This document shows, in pieces, positions 29,533 through 37,981 of a stretch of 64,000 bases of DNA (the stretch's first letter is position 1; every line of letters starts with the position of its first letter). Under the pieces are notes generated by a model. It did no database searches. It was given only the letters and a program-made list of their open reading frames with translations, and was not told the origin of the DNA. The DNA lies in the sequence record NC_054932.1. One strand, 5' to 3'. The DNA comes from Escherichia phage teqdroes. Made by a program: the position numbers and the translations under genes.

Positions 29533-29913
29533 ATGAAAATCGCTATTTTGGTTATTGCATTAGGTCTTACTGGTTGTGTAGCTCAAGGACCGGTAGTAAA
29601 TCAGTCTGATGCAGGAAAAATTGTAAACTGTTCAAGCAAATTTTATAATCCTAATGTCAAGTGTTATAAAGAAGCTCCAAAGCAAACAGTCGAACAAATG
29701 CAGGCGAATTTTGACGAAGCTATTCGTCCAGATGAATCTGCTCAAGCATATCGTAATTCTGATGTAATTACACGCGAAGAAAAAATTGAAAACTACTGCG
29801 CCGAGCTTTGGGCTAATTGGGCCAATAATTACCAATGGCGTACTGGTAAAAATGCTCCGATGGAGTATGTAGTGAATTCTTATAATTCATGCGTAAAAAA
29901 TTTGACTAAGTGA
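29533..29913 (+). CDS. putative lipoprotein, 126 aa
   Basis: Signal peptide with lipobox LTGC. Confidence 0.55.
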   Translation: MKIAILVIALGLTGCVAQGPVVNQSDAGKIVNCSSKFYNPNVKCYKEAPKQTVEQMQANFDEAIRPDESAQAYRNSDVITREEKIENYCAELWANWANNYQWRTGKNAPMEYVVNSYNSCVKNLTK

Positions 29914-29920
29914 GGAAAAT

Positions 29921-30172
29921 ATGGAAACTTTAGTAGCAGGTTCAATTTTTATGGTTTTAGTTTCAGGTGTGTTGGCTATTATTATATACATGCTTCCATG
30001 GTTTATTGCTTTGATGCGTGGGTCAAAATCGACAGTAGGAATCTTTTTCACATCTTTACTGTTTAACTGGTCAATTATTGGTTGGTTTATTACATTTATT
30101 TGGTCAATTGCGGGTGAAACTAAAAAGTCTGCACAACCAAATCAGGTAATTATCATCAGAGAGAAGGAATGA
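29921..30172 (+). CDS. imm: immunity (superinfection exclusion) membrane protein Imm
   Basis: 83 aa with two transmembrane helices, upstream of gene 42 as in T4. Confidence 0.7.
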   Translation: METLVAGSIFMVLVSGVLAIIIYMLPWFIALMRGSKSTVGIFFTSLLFNWSIIGWFITFIWSIAGETKKSAQPNQVIIIREKE

Positions 30173-30318
30173 AAAGCAAAATTATAACAGTGTTGCTTTT
30201 AATCTTGATGATTATAATAAGTATATACTATAGTGTAACGGTTCCTCTTATGATTCCAACTATTATTTTAGGTTGGGGTTTATTACTGTTACAAGTTAAA
30301 TATGAATGTATCAATTGA
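30169..30318 (+). CDS. small membrane peptide, 49 aa
   Basis: Not in ORF track; ATGA overlap with imm; fully hydrophobic. Confidence 0.4.
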   Translation: MKSKIITVLLLILMIIISIYYSVTVPLMIPTIILGWGLLLLQVKYECIN

Positions 30319-30325
30319 GGTTTAA

Positions 30326-31066
30326 ATGATTAGTGACTCTATGACAGTTGAAGAAATCCGTCTTCATTTGGGGCTTGCATTAAAAGAAAAAGATTTCGTA
30401 GTTGATAAAACTGGTGTTAAAACTATTGAAATTATTGGCGCATCATTTGTAGCAGATGAACCGTTTATTTTTGGTGCTCTTAATGATGAATACATTCAGC
30501 GCGAACTTGAATGGTATAAATCTAAGAGCTTGTTTGTTAAAGATATTCCAGGTGAAACACCAAAGATTTGGCAGCAGGTAGCATCTTCTAAAGGCGAAAT
30601 TAACTCGAATTATGGTTGGGCTATTTGGTCAGAAGATAACTATGCCCAGTATGATATGTGTTTAGCTGAACTTGGTCAAAATCCTGATTCTCGACGTGGT
30701 ATCATGATTTATACTCGTCCATCCATGCAATTTGACTACAATAAAGATGGTATGTCAGATTTCATGTGTACTAATACAGTACAGTACCTGATTCGTGATA
30801 AGAAAGTCAATGCAGTAGTAAGCATGCGCTCAAATGACGTGGTCTTCGGATTCCGTAATGATTATGCATGGCAAAAATACGTATTAGATAAATTAGTATC
30901 TGATTTGAATGCCGGCGATTCATCTCGTCAGTATAAAGCAGGTTCTATTATATGGAATGTCGGAAGTCTTCATGTATATTCTCGTCATTTTTACTTGGTT
31001 GATCATTGGTGGAATACTGGCGAAACTCATATTGTGAAAAAAGACTATAAAGGTGAGTGGAAATGA
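30326..31066 (+). CDS. 42: dCMP hydroxymethylase gp42
   Basis: 246 aa; thymidylate-synthase-like fold motifs; matches T4 gp42 length. Confidence 0.92.
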   Translation: MISDSMTVEEIRLHLGLALKEKDFVVDKTGVKTIEIIGASFVADEPFIFGALNDEYIQRELEWYKSKSLFVKDIPGETPKIWQQVASSKGEINSNYGWAIWSEDNYAQYDMCLAELGQNPDSRRGIMIYTRPSMQFDYNKDGMSDFMCTNTVQYLIRDKKVNAVVSMRSNDVVFGFRNDYAWQKYVLDKLVSDLNAGDSSRQYKAGSIIWNVGSLHVYSRHFYLVDHWWNTGETHIVKKDYKGEWK

Positions 31067-31905
31067 TTCAATTCGTAATTCCAAGTTATCAGCGTGTCAG
31101 GGCAGTTTCTGCCCTTGATATGTTTCCGACTGATTATGAACCGCATATTGTAGTGCGTGAACATGAAGAAAAAGCTTATCATGACGCTTATGGGTCTAGA
31201 GCTAAAATTATAACTATTCCTGATGATGTAAACGGAATTGCCGGTACTCGTAAAGCAATTACCGATATATATGCAGGTCAACGAATCTGGATGATTGACG
31301 ATGATACTACTATTCGTATGAGTTCAATGCGAAAAAGAGATGACCGTCGTTGTGTAGATAAAGTCAATCAATTAACCCGTGAACAGTTCTATGAATTGAT
31401 TCAATACGTTGAAGATGCCATGGATTGCGGGTATTATCATGGTCATGCTCGCCTACCAATTTTTAAAATTACTTCATCTTGGGGTAATTATCGTGAAAAT
31501 TCATATGGATTCACGAATACATGGTATGACCTTGGAAAACTTACGACAGAACAAATTGGGTATGGAAAAATTGATTTGTGCGAAGATATGTATGCATTTC
31601 TCAATTTAATTAATCAAGGTTATCCGCATTTGGCCTTGTTCAAATATCTGGTTGTATCTGGAAAAGCACAAGCTCCTGGCGGGTGCAGTTCAATTCGTAG
31701 TAATTCTAAACATAATAGAGCGCTTGAGCAAATCAATAGAGAGTTTCCAGAGCAAGCTCGTTGGAAAACTTCTAATATTGAAAAACGAAAATCGTTGGGT
31801 GAAGAAGACGAACCATTAAAGGTTCTTCGCATGTGCGTTTCACGTAAAGAAAAATCAGAAGCATTTCATAAGTTTAATGCTATTCATCCAATAGCAGTTG
31901 ATTAA
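31063..31905 (+). CDS. putative GT-A-fold glycosyltransferase occupying the beta-gt slot
   Basis: N-terminal FVIPSYQR and IWMIDDD (DxD) motifs; sits between 42 and uvsX; does not resemble T4 beta-gt as I recall it. Confidence 0.6.
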   Translation: MIQFVIPSYQRVRAVSALDMFPTDYEPHIVVREHEEKAYHDAYGSRAKIITIPDDVNGIAGTRKAITDIYAGQRIWMIDDDTTIRMSSMRKRDDRRCVDKVNQLTREQFYELIQYVEDAMDCGYYHGHARLPIFKITSSWGNYRENSYGFTNTWYDLGKLTTEQIGYGKIDLCEDMYAFLNLINQGYPHLALFKYLVVSGKAQAPGGCSSIRSNSKHNRALEQINREFPEQARWKTSNIEKRKSLGEEDEPLKVLRMCVSRKEKSEAFHKFNAIHPIAVD

Positions 31906-31929
31906 TGCCTAAATTTATTGTGTTATAAT
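31901..31929 (+). promoter_or_regulatory. promoter with extended -10 TGTTATAAT
   Basis: TGTTATAAT at 31921-31929; weak -35. Confidence 0.4.
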
Positions 31930-31960
31930 TACTCTATCTTTAACCAGTGAGGAAAATATA

Positions 31961-32017
31961 ATGATGCCTATGGAAAAAATGAATGTCTATTGCAGATTTA
32001 AAATCCCGTTTGATTAA
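31961..32017 (+). CDS. possible 18-aa upstream ORF overlapping the uvsX start
   Basis: ATGATGCCTATG after strong GAGGAAA; out of frame with uvsX. Confidence 0.25.
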   Translation: MMPMEKMNVYCRFKIPFD

Positions 32018-33164
32018 AGCTTCCACTTCTAAAATGACTGCTGAACTGACTACATCTAAATTCTTTAATGAAAAGGATGTAATTCGTACAAAAATTCCAA
32101 TGCTTAATATTGCTATTTCTGGTGCGATTGATGGCGGTATGCAGTCTGGTTTAACTATTTTCGCAGGGCCTTCTAAACACTTTAAATCAAATATGTCTTT
32201 GACTATGGTTGCGGCATATTTGAACAAATATCCTGACGCGGTTTGTCTATTCTATGATAGCGAATTTGGTATTACTCCAGCTTATTTGCGATCCATGGGA
32301 GTTGACCCGGAACGAGTAATTCATACGCCAATCCAGTCAGTTGAACAGCTGAAAATTGATATGGTGAATCAGCTTGAAGCTATTGAGCGCGGTGAAAAAG
32401 TTATTGTATTCATCGACTCAATCGGTAATATGGCTTCTAAGAAAGAAACTGAAGATGCCTTGAATGAAAAATCTGTGGCAGATATGACTCGTGCTAAATC
32501 GCTGAAGTCATTATTCCGTATTGTTACTCCTTACTTTAGCATTAAAAATATTCCATGCGTTGCGGTTAACCATACAATTGAAACAATTGAAATGTTTAGT
32601 AAAACCGTGATGACAGGTGGTACAGGCGTAATGTATTCGGCTGATACTGTATTCATTATCGGTAAACGCCAGATTAAAGATGGTTCTGATCTTCAGGGGT
32701 ATCAATTTGTTCTAAATGTAGAAAAATCTCGTACCGTTAAAGAAAAAAGTAAATTCTTTATTGATGTTAAATTTGACGGTGGCATCGATCCTTATTCTGG
32801 ATTGTTAGATATGGCTCTTGAATTAGGATTTGTAGTAAAACCTAAAAATGGTTGGTATGCTCGTGAATTTCTTGATGAAGAAACCGGCGAGATGATTCGC
32901 GAAGAAAAATCTTGGCGTGCAAAAGATACCAACTGCACTACATTCTGGGGTCCTTTATTTAAGCATCAACCATTCCGTGATGCTATTAAGCGTGCTTATC
33001 AGTTAGGTGCTATTGATAGTAATGAAATTGTTGAAGCGGAAGTTGATGAATTAATTAACTTAAAGGTTGAAAAATTTAAATCTCCAGAAAGTAAAAGTAA
33101 ATCAGCTGCTGATTTAGAAACTGACCTAGATCAGCTAAGTGATATGGAAGAATTTAATGAATAA
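31983..33164 (+). CDS. uvsX: RecA-like recombinase UvsX
   Basis: 393 aa; Walker A GPSKHFKS and strong overall match to T4 UvsX. Confidence 0.92.
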   Translation: MSIADLKSRLIKASTSKMTAELTTSKFFNEKDVIRTKIPMLNIAISGAIDGGMQSGLTIFAGPSKHFKSNMSLTMVAAYLNKYPDAVCLFYDSEFGITPAYLRSMGVDPERVIHTPIQSVEQLKIDMVNQLEAIERGEKVIVFIDSIGNMASKKETEDALNEKSVADMTRAKSLKSLFRIVTPYFSIKNIPCVAVNHTIETIEMFSKTVMTGGTGVMYSADTVFIIGKRQIKDGSDLQGYQFVLNVEKSRTVKEKSKFFIDVKFDGGIDPYSGLLDMALELGFVVKPKNGWYAREFLDEETGEMIREEKSWRAKDTNCTTFWGPLFKHQPFRDAIKRAYQLGAIDSNEIVEAEVDELINLKVEKFKSPESKSKSAADLETDLDQLSDMEEFNE

Positions 33165-33501
33165 AGATGATTTAGATTTAGATCTAGAAATTATCGATGA
33201 ATCCCCCTCTTCGGAGGGGGAAGAAGAAAGAAAAGAACGTCTTTTTAATGAATCTCTTAAGATAATTAAATCTGCCATGGAAAATGTTATCCAGGAGATT
33301 GTCATTAAACTAGAAGATGGTTCTACACACATTGTGTATGTGACAAAATTAGATTGGGTTGATGGAAAAGTCGTAATGGACTTTGCTGTTCTTGACCAAG
33401 AAAGAAAAGCTGAGTTAGCTCCTCATGTAGAAAAATGTATTACAATGCAATTACAAGATGCATTTAATAAAAGGTCAAAGAAAAAATTTAAATTCTTTTA
33501 A
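33157..33501 (+). CDS. 40: gp40-like protein (head vertex assembly), 114 aa
   Basis: ATG at 33157 after GGAAG; position between uvsX and 41 as in T4. Confidence 0.6.
   Translation: MNKDDLDLDLEIIDESPSSEGEEERKERLFNESLKIIKSAMENVIQEIVIKLEDGSTHIVYVTKLDWVDGKVVMDFAVLDQERKAELAPHVEKCITMQLQDAFNKRSKKKFKFF
33203..33220 (+). other. intragenic GC-rich UUCG-tetraloop hairpin inside gene 40
   Basis: CCCCCTC-TTCG-GAGGGGG perfect 7-bp stem; no T-run follows. Confidence 0.5.
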
Positions 33502-33510
33502 GGAGTAAGT

Positions 33511-34938
33511 GTGGTAGAAATTATTCTTTCTCATCTCATATTTGATCAAGCTTATTTTTCAAAAGTTTGGCCATATATGGATTCAGAATATTTTGAAAGT
33601 GGTCCAGCTAAAAATACATTCAAATTAATTAAATCTCATGTCAACGAGTATCATAGCGTTCCATCTATTAATGCGTTAAATGTTGCATTAGAAAATAGTT
33701 CATTTACTGAAACAGAATATTCTGGTGTAAAAACACTTATTTCAAAACTGGCTGATTCTCCGGAAGACCACAGCTGGTTAGTAAAAGAAACAGAAAAATA
33801 TGTTCAGCAAAGGGCGATGTTTAATGCTACGTCTAAAATAATCGAAATTCAAACTAATGCTGAGCTTCCTCCGGAAAAACGAAATAAGAAAATGCCGGAT
33901 GTTGGTGCTATTCCTGACATCATGCGACAAGCATTATCAATTTCATTTGATAGCTACGTTGGCCATGATTGGATGGATGACTACGAAGCACGTTGGCTAT
34001 CTTATATGAATAAAGCTCGTAAGGTTCCATTTAAACTCAGAATTCTGAACAAAATTACTAAAGGCGGAGCTGAGACTGGAACACTGAACGTTTTAATGGC
34101 TGGCGTTAACGTTGGTAAATCATTAGGATTGTGTTCATTAGCAGCAGATTATTTACAGCTCGGACATAATGTTCTTTACATTTCCATGGAAATGGCAGAA
34201 GAAGTCTGTGCTAAGCGTATTGACGCTAACATGCTTGATGTTTCTCTTGATGACATTGATGATGGGCATATTTCTTACGCTGAATATAAAGGAAAAATGG
34301 AAAAATGGCGTGAGAAATCTACCCTTGGTCGTTTAATCGTTAAACAGTATCCTACTGGTGGAGCAGATGCTAATACATTTCGATCACTTTTAAACGAATT
34401 GAAGCTCAAGAAGAATTTTGTTCCAACAATCATTATTGTCGACTATCTAGGTATTTGTAAATCTTGCCGCATTAGAGTTTATTCAGAAAATAGTTACACA
34501 ACTGTTAAAGCTATCGCAGAGGAATTGCGTGCTCTGGCTGTTGAAACCGAAACTGTTCTTTGGACTGCAGCACAGGTTGGTAAACAAGCTTGGGATTCTT
34601 CTGATGTTAACATGAGTGATATCGCAGAATCTGCTGGTCTTCCAGCGACAGCCGATTTTATGCTTGCGGTCATTGAAACCGAGGAGCTAGCAGCTGCTGA
34701 ACAACAACTCATTAAGCAAATCAAATCACGATATGGCGATAAGAACAAATGGAATAAGTTTTTGATGGGCGTTCAAAAAGGAAATCAGAAATGGGTAGAA
34801 ATTGAACAAGATTCTACTCCAACTGAAGTGAGTGAGGTAGCAGGTTCACAACAGATACAAGCTGAGCAGAATCGCTATCAAAGAAATGAATCCACTCGAG
34901 CTCAGTTAGATGCTTTGGCAAATGAATTAAAATTTTAG
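33511..34938 (+). CDS. 41: replicative DNA helicase gp41, GTG start
   Basis: 475 aa; Walker A GVNVGKS; N-terminus MVEIILSHLIFDQAYF. Confidence 0.92.
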   Translation: MVEIILSHLIFDQAYFSKVWPYMDSEYFESGPAKNTFKLIKSHVNEYHSVPSINALNVALENSSFTETEYSGVKTLISKLADSPEDHSWLVKETEKYVQQRAMFNATSKIIEIQTNAELPPEKRNKKMPDVGAIPDIMRQALSISFDSYVGHDWMDDYEARWLSYMNKARKVPFKLRILNKITKGGAETGTLNVLMAGVNVGKSLGLCSLAADYLQLGHNVLYISMEMAEEVCAKRIDANMLDVSLDDIDDGHISYAEYKGKMEKWREKSTLGRLIVKQYPTGGADANTFRSLLNELKLKKNFVPTIIIVDYLGICKSCRIRVYSENSYTTVKAIAEELRALAVETETVLWTAAQVGKQAWDSSDVNMSDIAESAGLPATADFMLAVIETEELAAAEQQLIKQIKSRYGDKNKWNKFLMGVQKGNQKWVEIEQDSTPTEVSEVAGSQQIQAEQNRYQRNESTRAQLDALANELKF

Positions 34939-34967
34939 TTTACAAGCTGACAAGACTATGGTATAGT
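34938..34967 (+). promoter_or_regulatory. T4-type early promoter
   Basis: GTTTAC, 18-bp spacer, TGG-TATAGT. Confidence 0.55.
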
Positions 34968-34996
34968 AGTCTTGTTGGTTAAATGAGGAGATTGTT

Positions 34997-35179
34997 ATGG
35001 AATTGGTAAAGGTAGTTTTTATGGGGTGGTTTAAGAATGAAAGCATGTTTACTAAAGAAATCACAATGATGAAAGATGACGTTCAATGGGCTACTACTCA
35101 ATATGCTGAAGTTAATAAAGCATTAGTTAAAGCTTTCATTGATGACAAGAAAGTGTGCGAAGTGGATTGCCGAGGATAA
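34997..35179 (+). CDS. dmd: Dmd, antitoxin against host RnlA/LsoA
   Basis: 60 aa; sequence MELVKVVFMGWFKNESMF and position next to 41 match T4 Dmd as recalled. Confidence 0.85.
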   Translation: MELVKVVFMGWFKNESMFTKEITMMKDDVQWATTQYAEVNKALVKAFIDDKKVCEVDCRG

Positions 35180-35180
35180 T

Positions 35181-35438
35181 ATGCATATTGTTTTATTTAA
35201 ACCTACTCCGTATAACGTCAGGAAAAATACTCAATTCAAAGCACTTATTGCAGATACGTGGGAATTGGTGTTAGATATTCCAACAGAAGAAAGTCCTCCA
35301 TTTGGTCGAGTGGAATTTATTAAGTTTGCTGTACGTCCTACGAAGAGGCAGATTCGTCAGTATAAAAGGTATTTTCGTAAAATCGTTAAGCTAGAGAAAC
35401 AGTTTGTAACATGTGATTACGCAGAAGTTTTAAAATAG
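35181..35438 (+). CDS. hypothetical protein at the T4 61.4 position, 85 aa
   Basis: ATG after GAGGA, directly after dmd stop. Confidence 0.5.
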   Translation: MHIVLFKPTPYNVRKNTQFKALIADTWELVLDIPTEESPPFGRVEFIKFAVRPTKRQIRQYKRYFRKIVKLEKQFVTCDYAEVLK

Positions 35439-35440
35439 CT

Positions 35441-35470
35441 GTTTACTTTTGTTGGAAATTGAGATACTAT
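35441..35470 (+). promoter_or_regulatory. T4-type early promoter
   Basis: GTTTAC, 18-bp spacer, TACTAT. Confidence 0.55.
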
Positions 35471-35498
35471 ATAAACATAAACTACTGAGGAGATTATC

Positions 35499-35792
35499 AT
35501 GAAAAAATTTATTTTTGCTACAATTTTTACTTTGGCTTCTTGTGCTGCTCAGCCTGCTATGGCAGGATATGATAAAGATTTGTGTGAATGGTCTATGACT
35601 GCAGATCAGACTGAAGTTGAAACTCAAATTGAAGCGGATATTATGAATATCGTTGAGCGCGATCGTCCTGAAATGAAAGCTGAAGTGCAAAAACAACTTA
35701 AGTCTGGTGGTGTAATGCAGTATAATTATGTTCTGTATTGCGATAAAAACTTTAATAACAAAAATATCGTAACCGAAATCACAGGCGAATAA
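35499..35792 (+). CDS. sp: Spackle, periplasmic superinfection exclusion protein
   Basis: 97 aa with signal peptide; position as T4 sp. Confidence 0.8.
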   Translation: MKKFIFATIFTLASCAAQPAMAGYDKDLCEWSMTADQTEVETQIEADIMNIVERDRPEMKAEVQKQLKSGGVMQYNYVLYCDKNFNNKNIVTEITGE

Positions 35793-35793
35793 T

Positions 35794-36426
35794 ATGATTT
35801 ATTATATGCACAAAAATCCACCGTTTAAATACGGTAAATTTCCTGATGCACAATGTTATAATATAACGCCTGATGAAAATAACCGTGGATATCTTATTGG
35901 CACAATTTTTGTAATTGTTAAAGATAACGAAATCGTTGCCTGGGCAGATTTTAAAGGTACAACATATGATGTTAATCCGGTGCCTTTCACATATTACAAT
36001 TTAATGGATTTGGCATACGATTATAATTGGTTTAATCATGACACTTTGGCTCATATTGAAGGTGTAGGATTTGATATTTCATATTCGGAATACACTTTAA
36101 GCCCTATGAGTCGAGCCCATAAAGAACCTGAATATTTTTCATTTAGGAAACGTGTAAACTTTAAACGCAGCACAGAGTATGTCGGTGGAATCTTTGTTAA
36201 AGATAATCGAATTATTCGTATTAATTATCCTTTGAGCGTTAGTCAAAAAGATATTGATGTTGATTTAGATTTCACTGAAAATAATATTAATAATATTGCT
36301 TCTGTGTATTTTGGTATCGATCACAAAATTGTAATATGTGGATATGAATTACCGTTTGAAGAACAGCCTAAAGTAAAAGTTTCTATTGACGATCAAATTT
36401 TTAATGCTTTTATGAATAAAGGTTAA
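35794..36426 (+). CDS. hypothetical protein at the T4 61.2 position, 210 aa
   Basis: ORF track; C-terminal tail SIDDQIFNAFMNKG. Confidence 0.55.
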   Translation: MIYYMHKNPPFKYGKFPDAQCYNITPDENNRGYLIGTIFVIVKDNEIVAWADFKGTTYDVNPVPFTYYNLMDLAYDYNWFNHDTLAHIEGVGFDISYSEYTLSPMSRAHKEPEYFSFRKRVNFKRSTEYVGGIFVKDNRIIRINYPLSVSQKDIDVDLDFTENNINNIASVYFGIDHKIVICGYELPFEEQPKVKVSIDDQIFNAFMNKG

Positions 36427-36430
36427 TATG
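36382..36430 (+). repeat. direct repeat copy 1 (49 bp)
   Basis: 46 of 49 nt identical to 36740-36788. Confidence 0.8.
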
Positions 36431-36784
36431 TATAGTTCTGAATTTTCATATTTAAAAATGGAAAAAATTTCATACGATTTTATAGATGAAAAGGTTTATT
36501 ACAGTTTCCATGAACCGCGTTTTAATAGTGAGGTTGGGTTTATTGTAGTAAAAGACAATTTCATTTTAAAGATATATTCGGCATTAAAGGATTTTCACTA
36601 CGAAAATATTAACCTAAAATTTGATAAAGAAAACGTTCGTAATTGTGCAGTAACAATTACAGGAAATAAAGGTACATGTGTTATGCTATCTGATGAAATT
36701 AATGATTTACTAAATGATGCAGAAAATATTACTGCGCCATCTATTGATGACCAAATTTTTAATGCTTTTATGAATAGAGGTTAA
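36428..36784 (+). CDS. hypothetical protein at the T4 61.1 position, 118 aa
   Basis: ORF track; C-terminal tail SIDDQIFNAFMNRG. Confidence 0.55.
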   Translation: MYSSEFSYLKMEKISYDFIDEKVYYSFHEPRFNSEVGFIVVKDNFILKIYSALKDFHYENINLKFDKENVRNCAVTITGNKGTCVMLSDEINDLLNDAENITAPSIDDQIFNAFMNRG

Positions 36785-36788
36785 TATG
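36740..36788 (+). repeat. direct repeat copy 2 (49 bp)
   Basis: 46 of 49 nt identical to 36382-36430. Confidence 0.8.
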
Positions 36789-36950
36789 AAAACATATAAA
36801 GAATTTATTAAAGAAGATATGGTCGCTGGAGATTCAGGTGGTAATCCTGAAAATATCTCTACTGGAACAACGTCAGGCGCTGTAGTAAATAAAGGTCCTG
36901 AGCAGATTCCTAAAAAGAAAAAAGAGGAATCTAAAGAAAAAGAAGAGTAA
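36786..36950 (+). CDS. small K/E-rich hypothetical protein, 54 aa
   Basis: Not in ORF track; ATG within the repeat copy; fills gap before gene 61. Confidence 0.35.
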   Translation: MKTYKEFIKEDMVAGDSGGNPENISTGTTSGAVVNKGPEQIPKKKKEESKEKEE

Positions 36951-36952
36951 AA

Positions 36953-37981
36953 ATGTCATCAATACCTTGGATTGATAATGAGTTTGCATACCGTGCATTA
37001 GCTCATTTACCTAAATTCACACAAGTAAATAATAGTTCAACTTTTAAATTGCGGTTTAGATGTCCAGTTTGTGGAGATTCAAAAACCGACCAGAATAAAG
37101 CTCGTGGATGGTATTATGGTGATAATAATGAAGGAAATATTCATTGTTATAACTGTAATTATCATGCACCAATCGGAATATATTTAAAGGAGTTTGAACC
37201 TGATTTATATCGTGAGTATATCTTTGAAATAAGAAAAGAAAAAGGTAAAAGTCGTCCAGTAGAAAAACCTAAAGAACTTCCTAAGCAACCTGAGAAGAAA
37301 ATAATTAAATCTCTTCCGTCATGTGTTAGATTAGATAAACTGGCGGAAGACCATCCAATTATAAAATATGTAAAAGCTCGTTGTATTCCAAAGGATAAAT
37401 GGAAATATCTTTGGTTTACAACCGAATGGCCTAAATTAGTTAATAGCATAGCACCGGGAACATATAAAAAGGAAATACCTGAGCCTCGTCTTGTTATTCC
37501 AATTTATAATGCTAATGGAAAAGCTGAGTCTTTTCAAGGACGTGCATTAAAGAAAGATGCTCCCCAAAAATATATCACCATCAAAGCTTATCCTGAAGCA
37601 ACAAAAATTTACGGTGTTGAACGAGTTAAAGATGGTGATGTATATGTTCTAGAAGGACCCATCGATTCACTTTTTATTGAAAATGGTATAGCTATTACAG
37701 GTGGTCAATTAGACCTAGAAGTTGTTCCATTTAAAGATAGACGAGTGTGGGTTTTAGATAATGAACCTCGTCACCCTGACACTATCAAACGAATGACTAA
37801 ATTAGTTGATGCAGGAGAAAGGGTTATGTTTTGGGATAAATCTCCCTGGAAATCAAAAGATGTCAATGATATGATTAGAAAGGAAGGTGCAACCCCTGAA
37901 CAAATTATGGAATATATGAAAAATAATATTACCCAGGGGTTGATGGCTAAAATGCGGCTATCTAAATATGCTAAGATTTAA
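36953..37981 (+). CDS. 61: DNA primase gp61
   Basis: 342 aa; zinc ribbon CPVCGDS...CYNC and TOPRIM region. Confidence 0.92.
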   Translation: MSSIPWIDNEFAYRALAHLPKFTQVNNSSTFKLRFRCPVCGDSKTDQNKARGWYYGDNNEGNIHCYNCNYHAPIGIYLKEFEPDLYREYIFEIRKEKGKSRPVEKPKELPKQPEKKIIKSLPSCVRLDKLAEDHPIIKYVKARCIPKDKWKYLWFTTEWPKLVNSIAPGTYKKEIPEPRLVIPIYNANGKAESFQGRALKKDAPQKYITIKAYPEATKIYGVERVKDGDVYVLEGPIDSLFIENGIAITGGQLDLEVVPFKDRRVWVLDNEPRHPDTIKRMTKLVDAGERVMFWDKSPWKSKDVNDMIRKEGATPEQIMEYMKNNITQGLMAKMRLSKYAKI

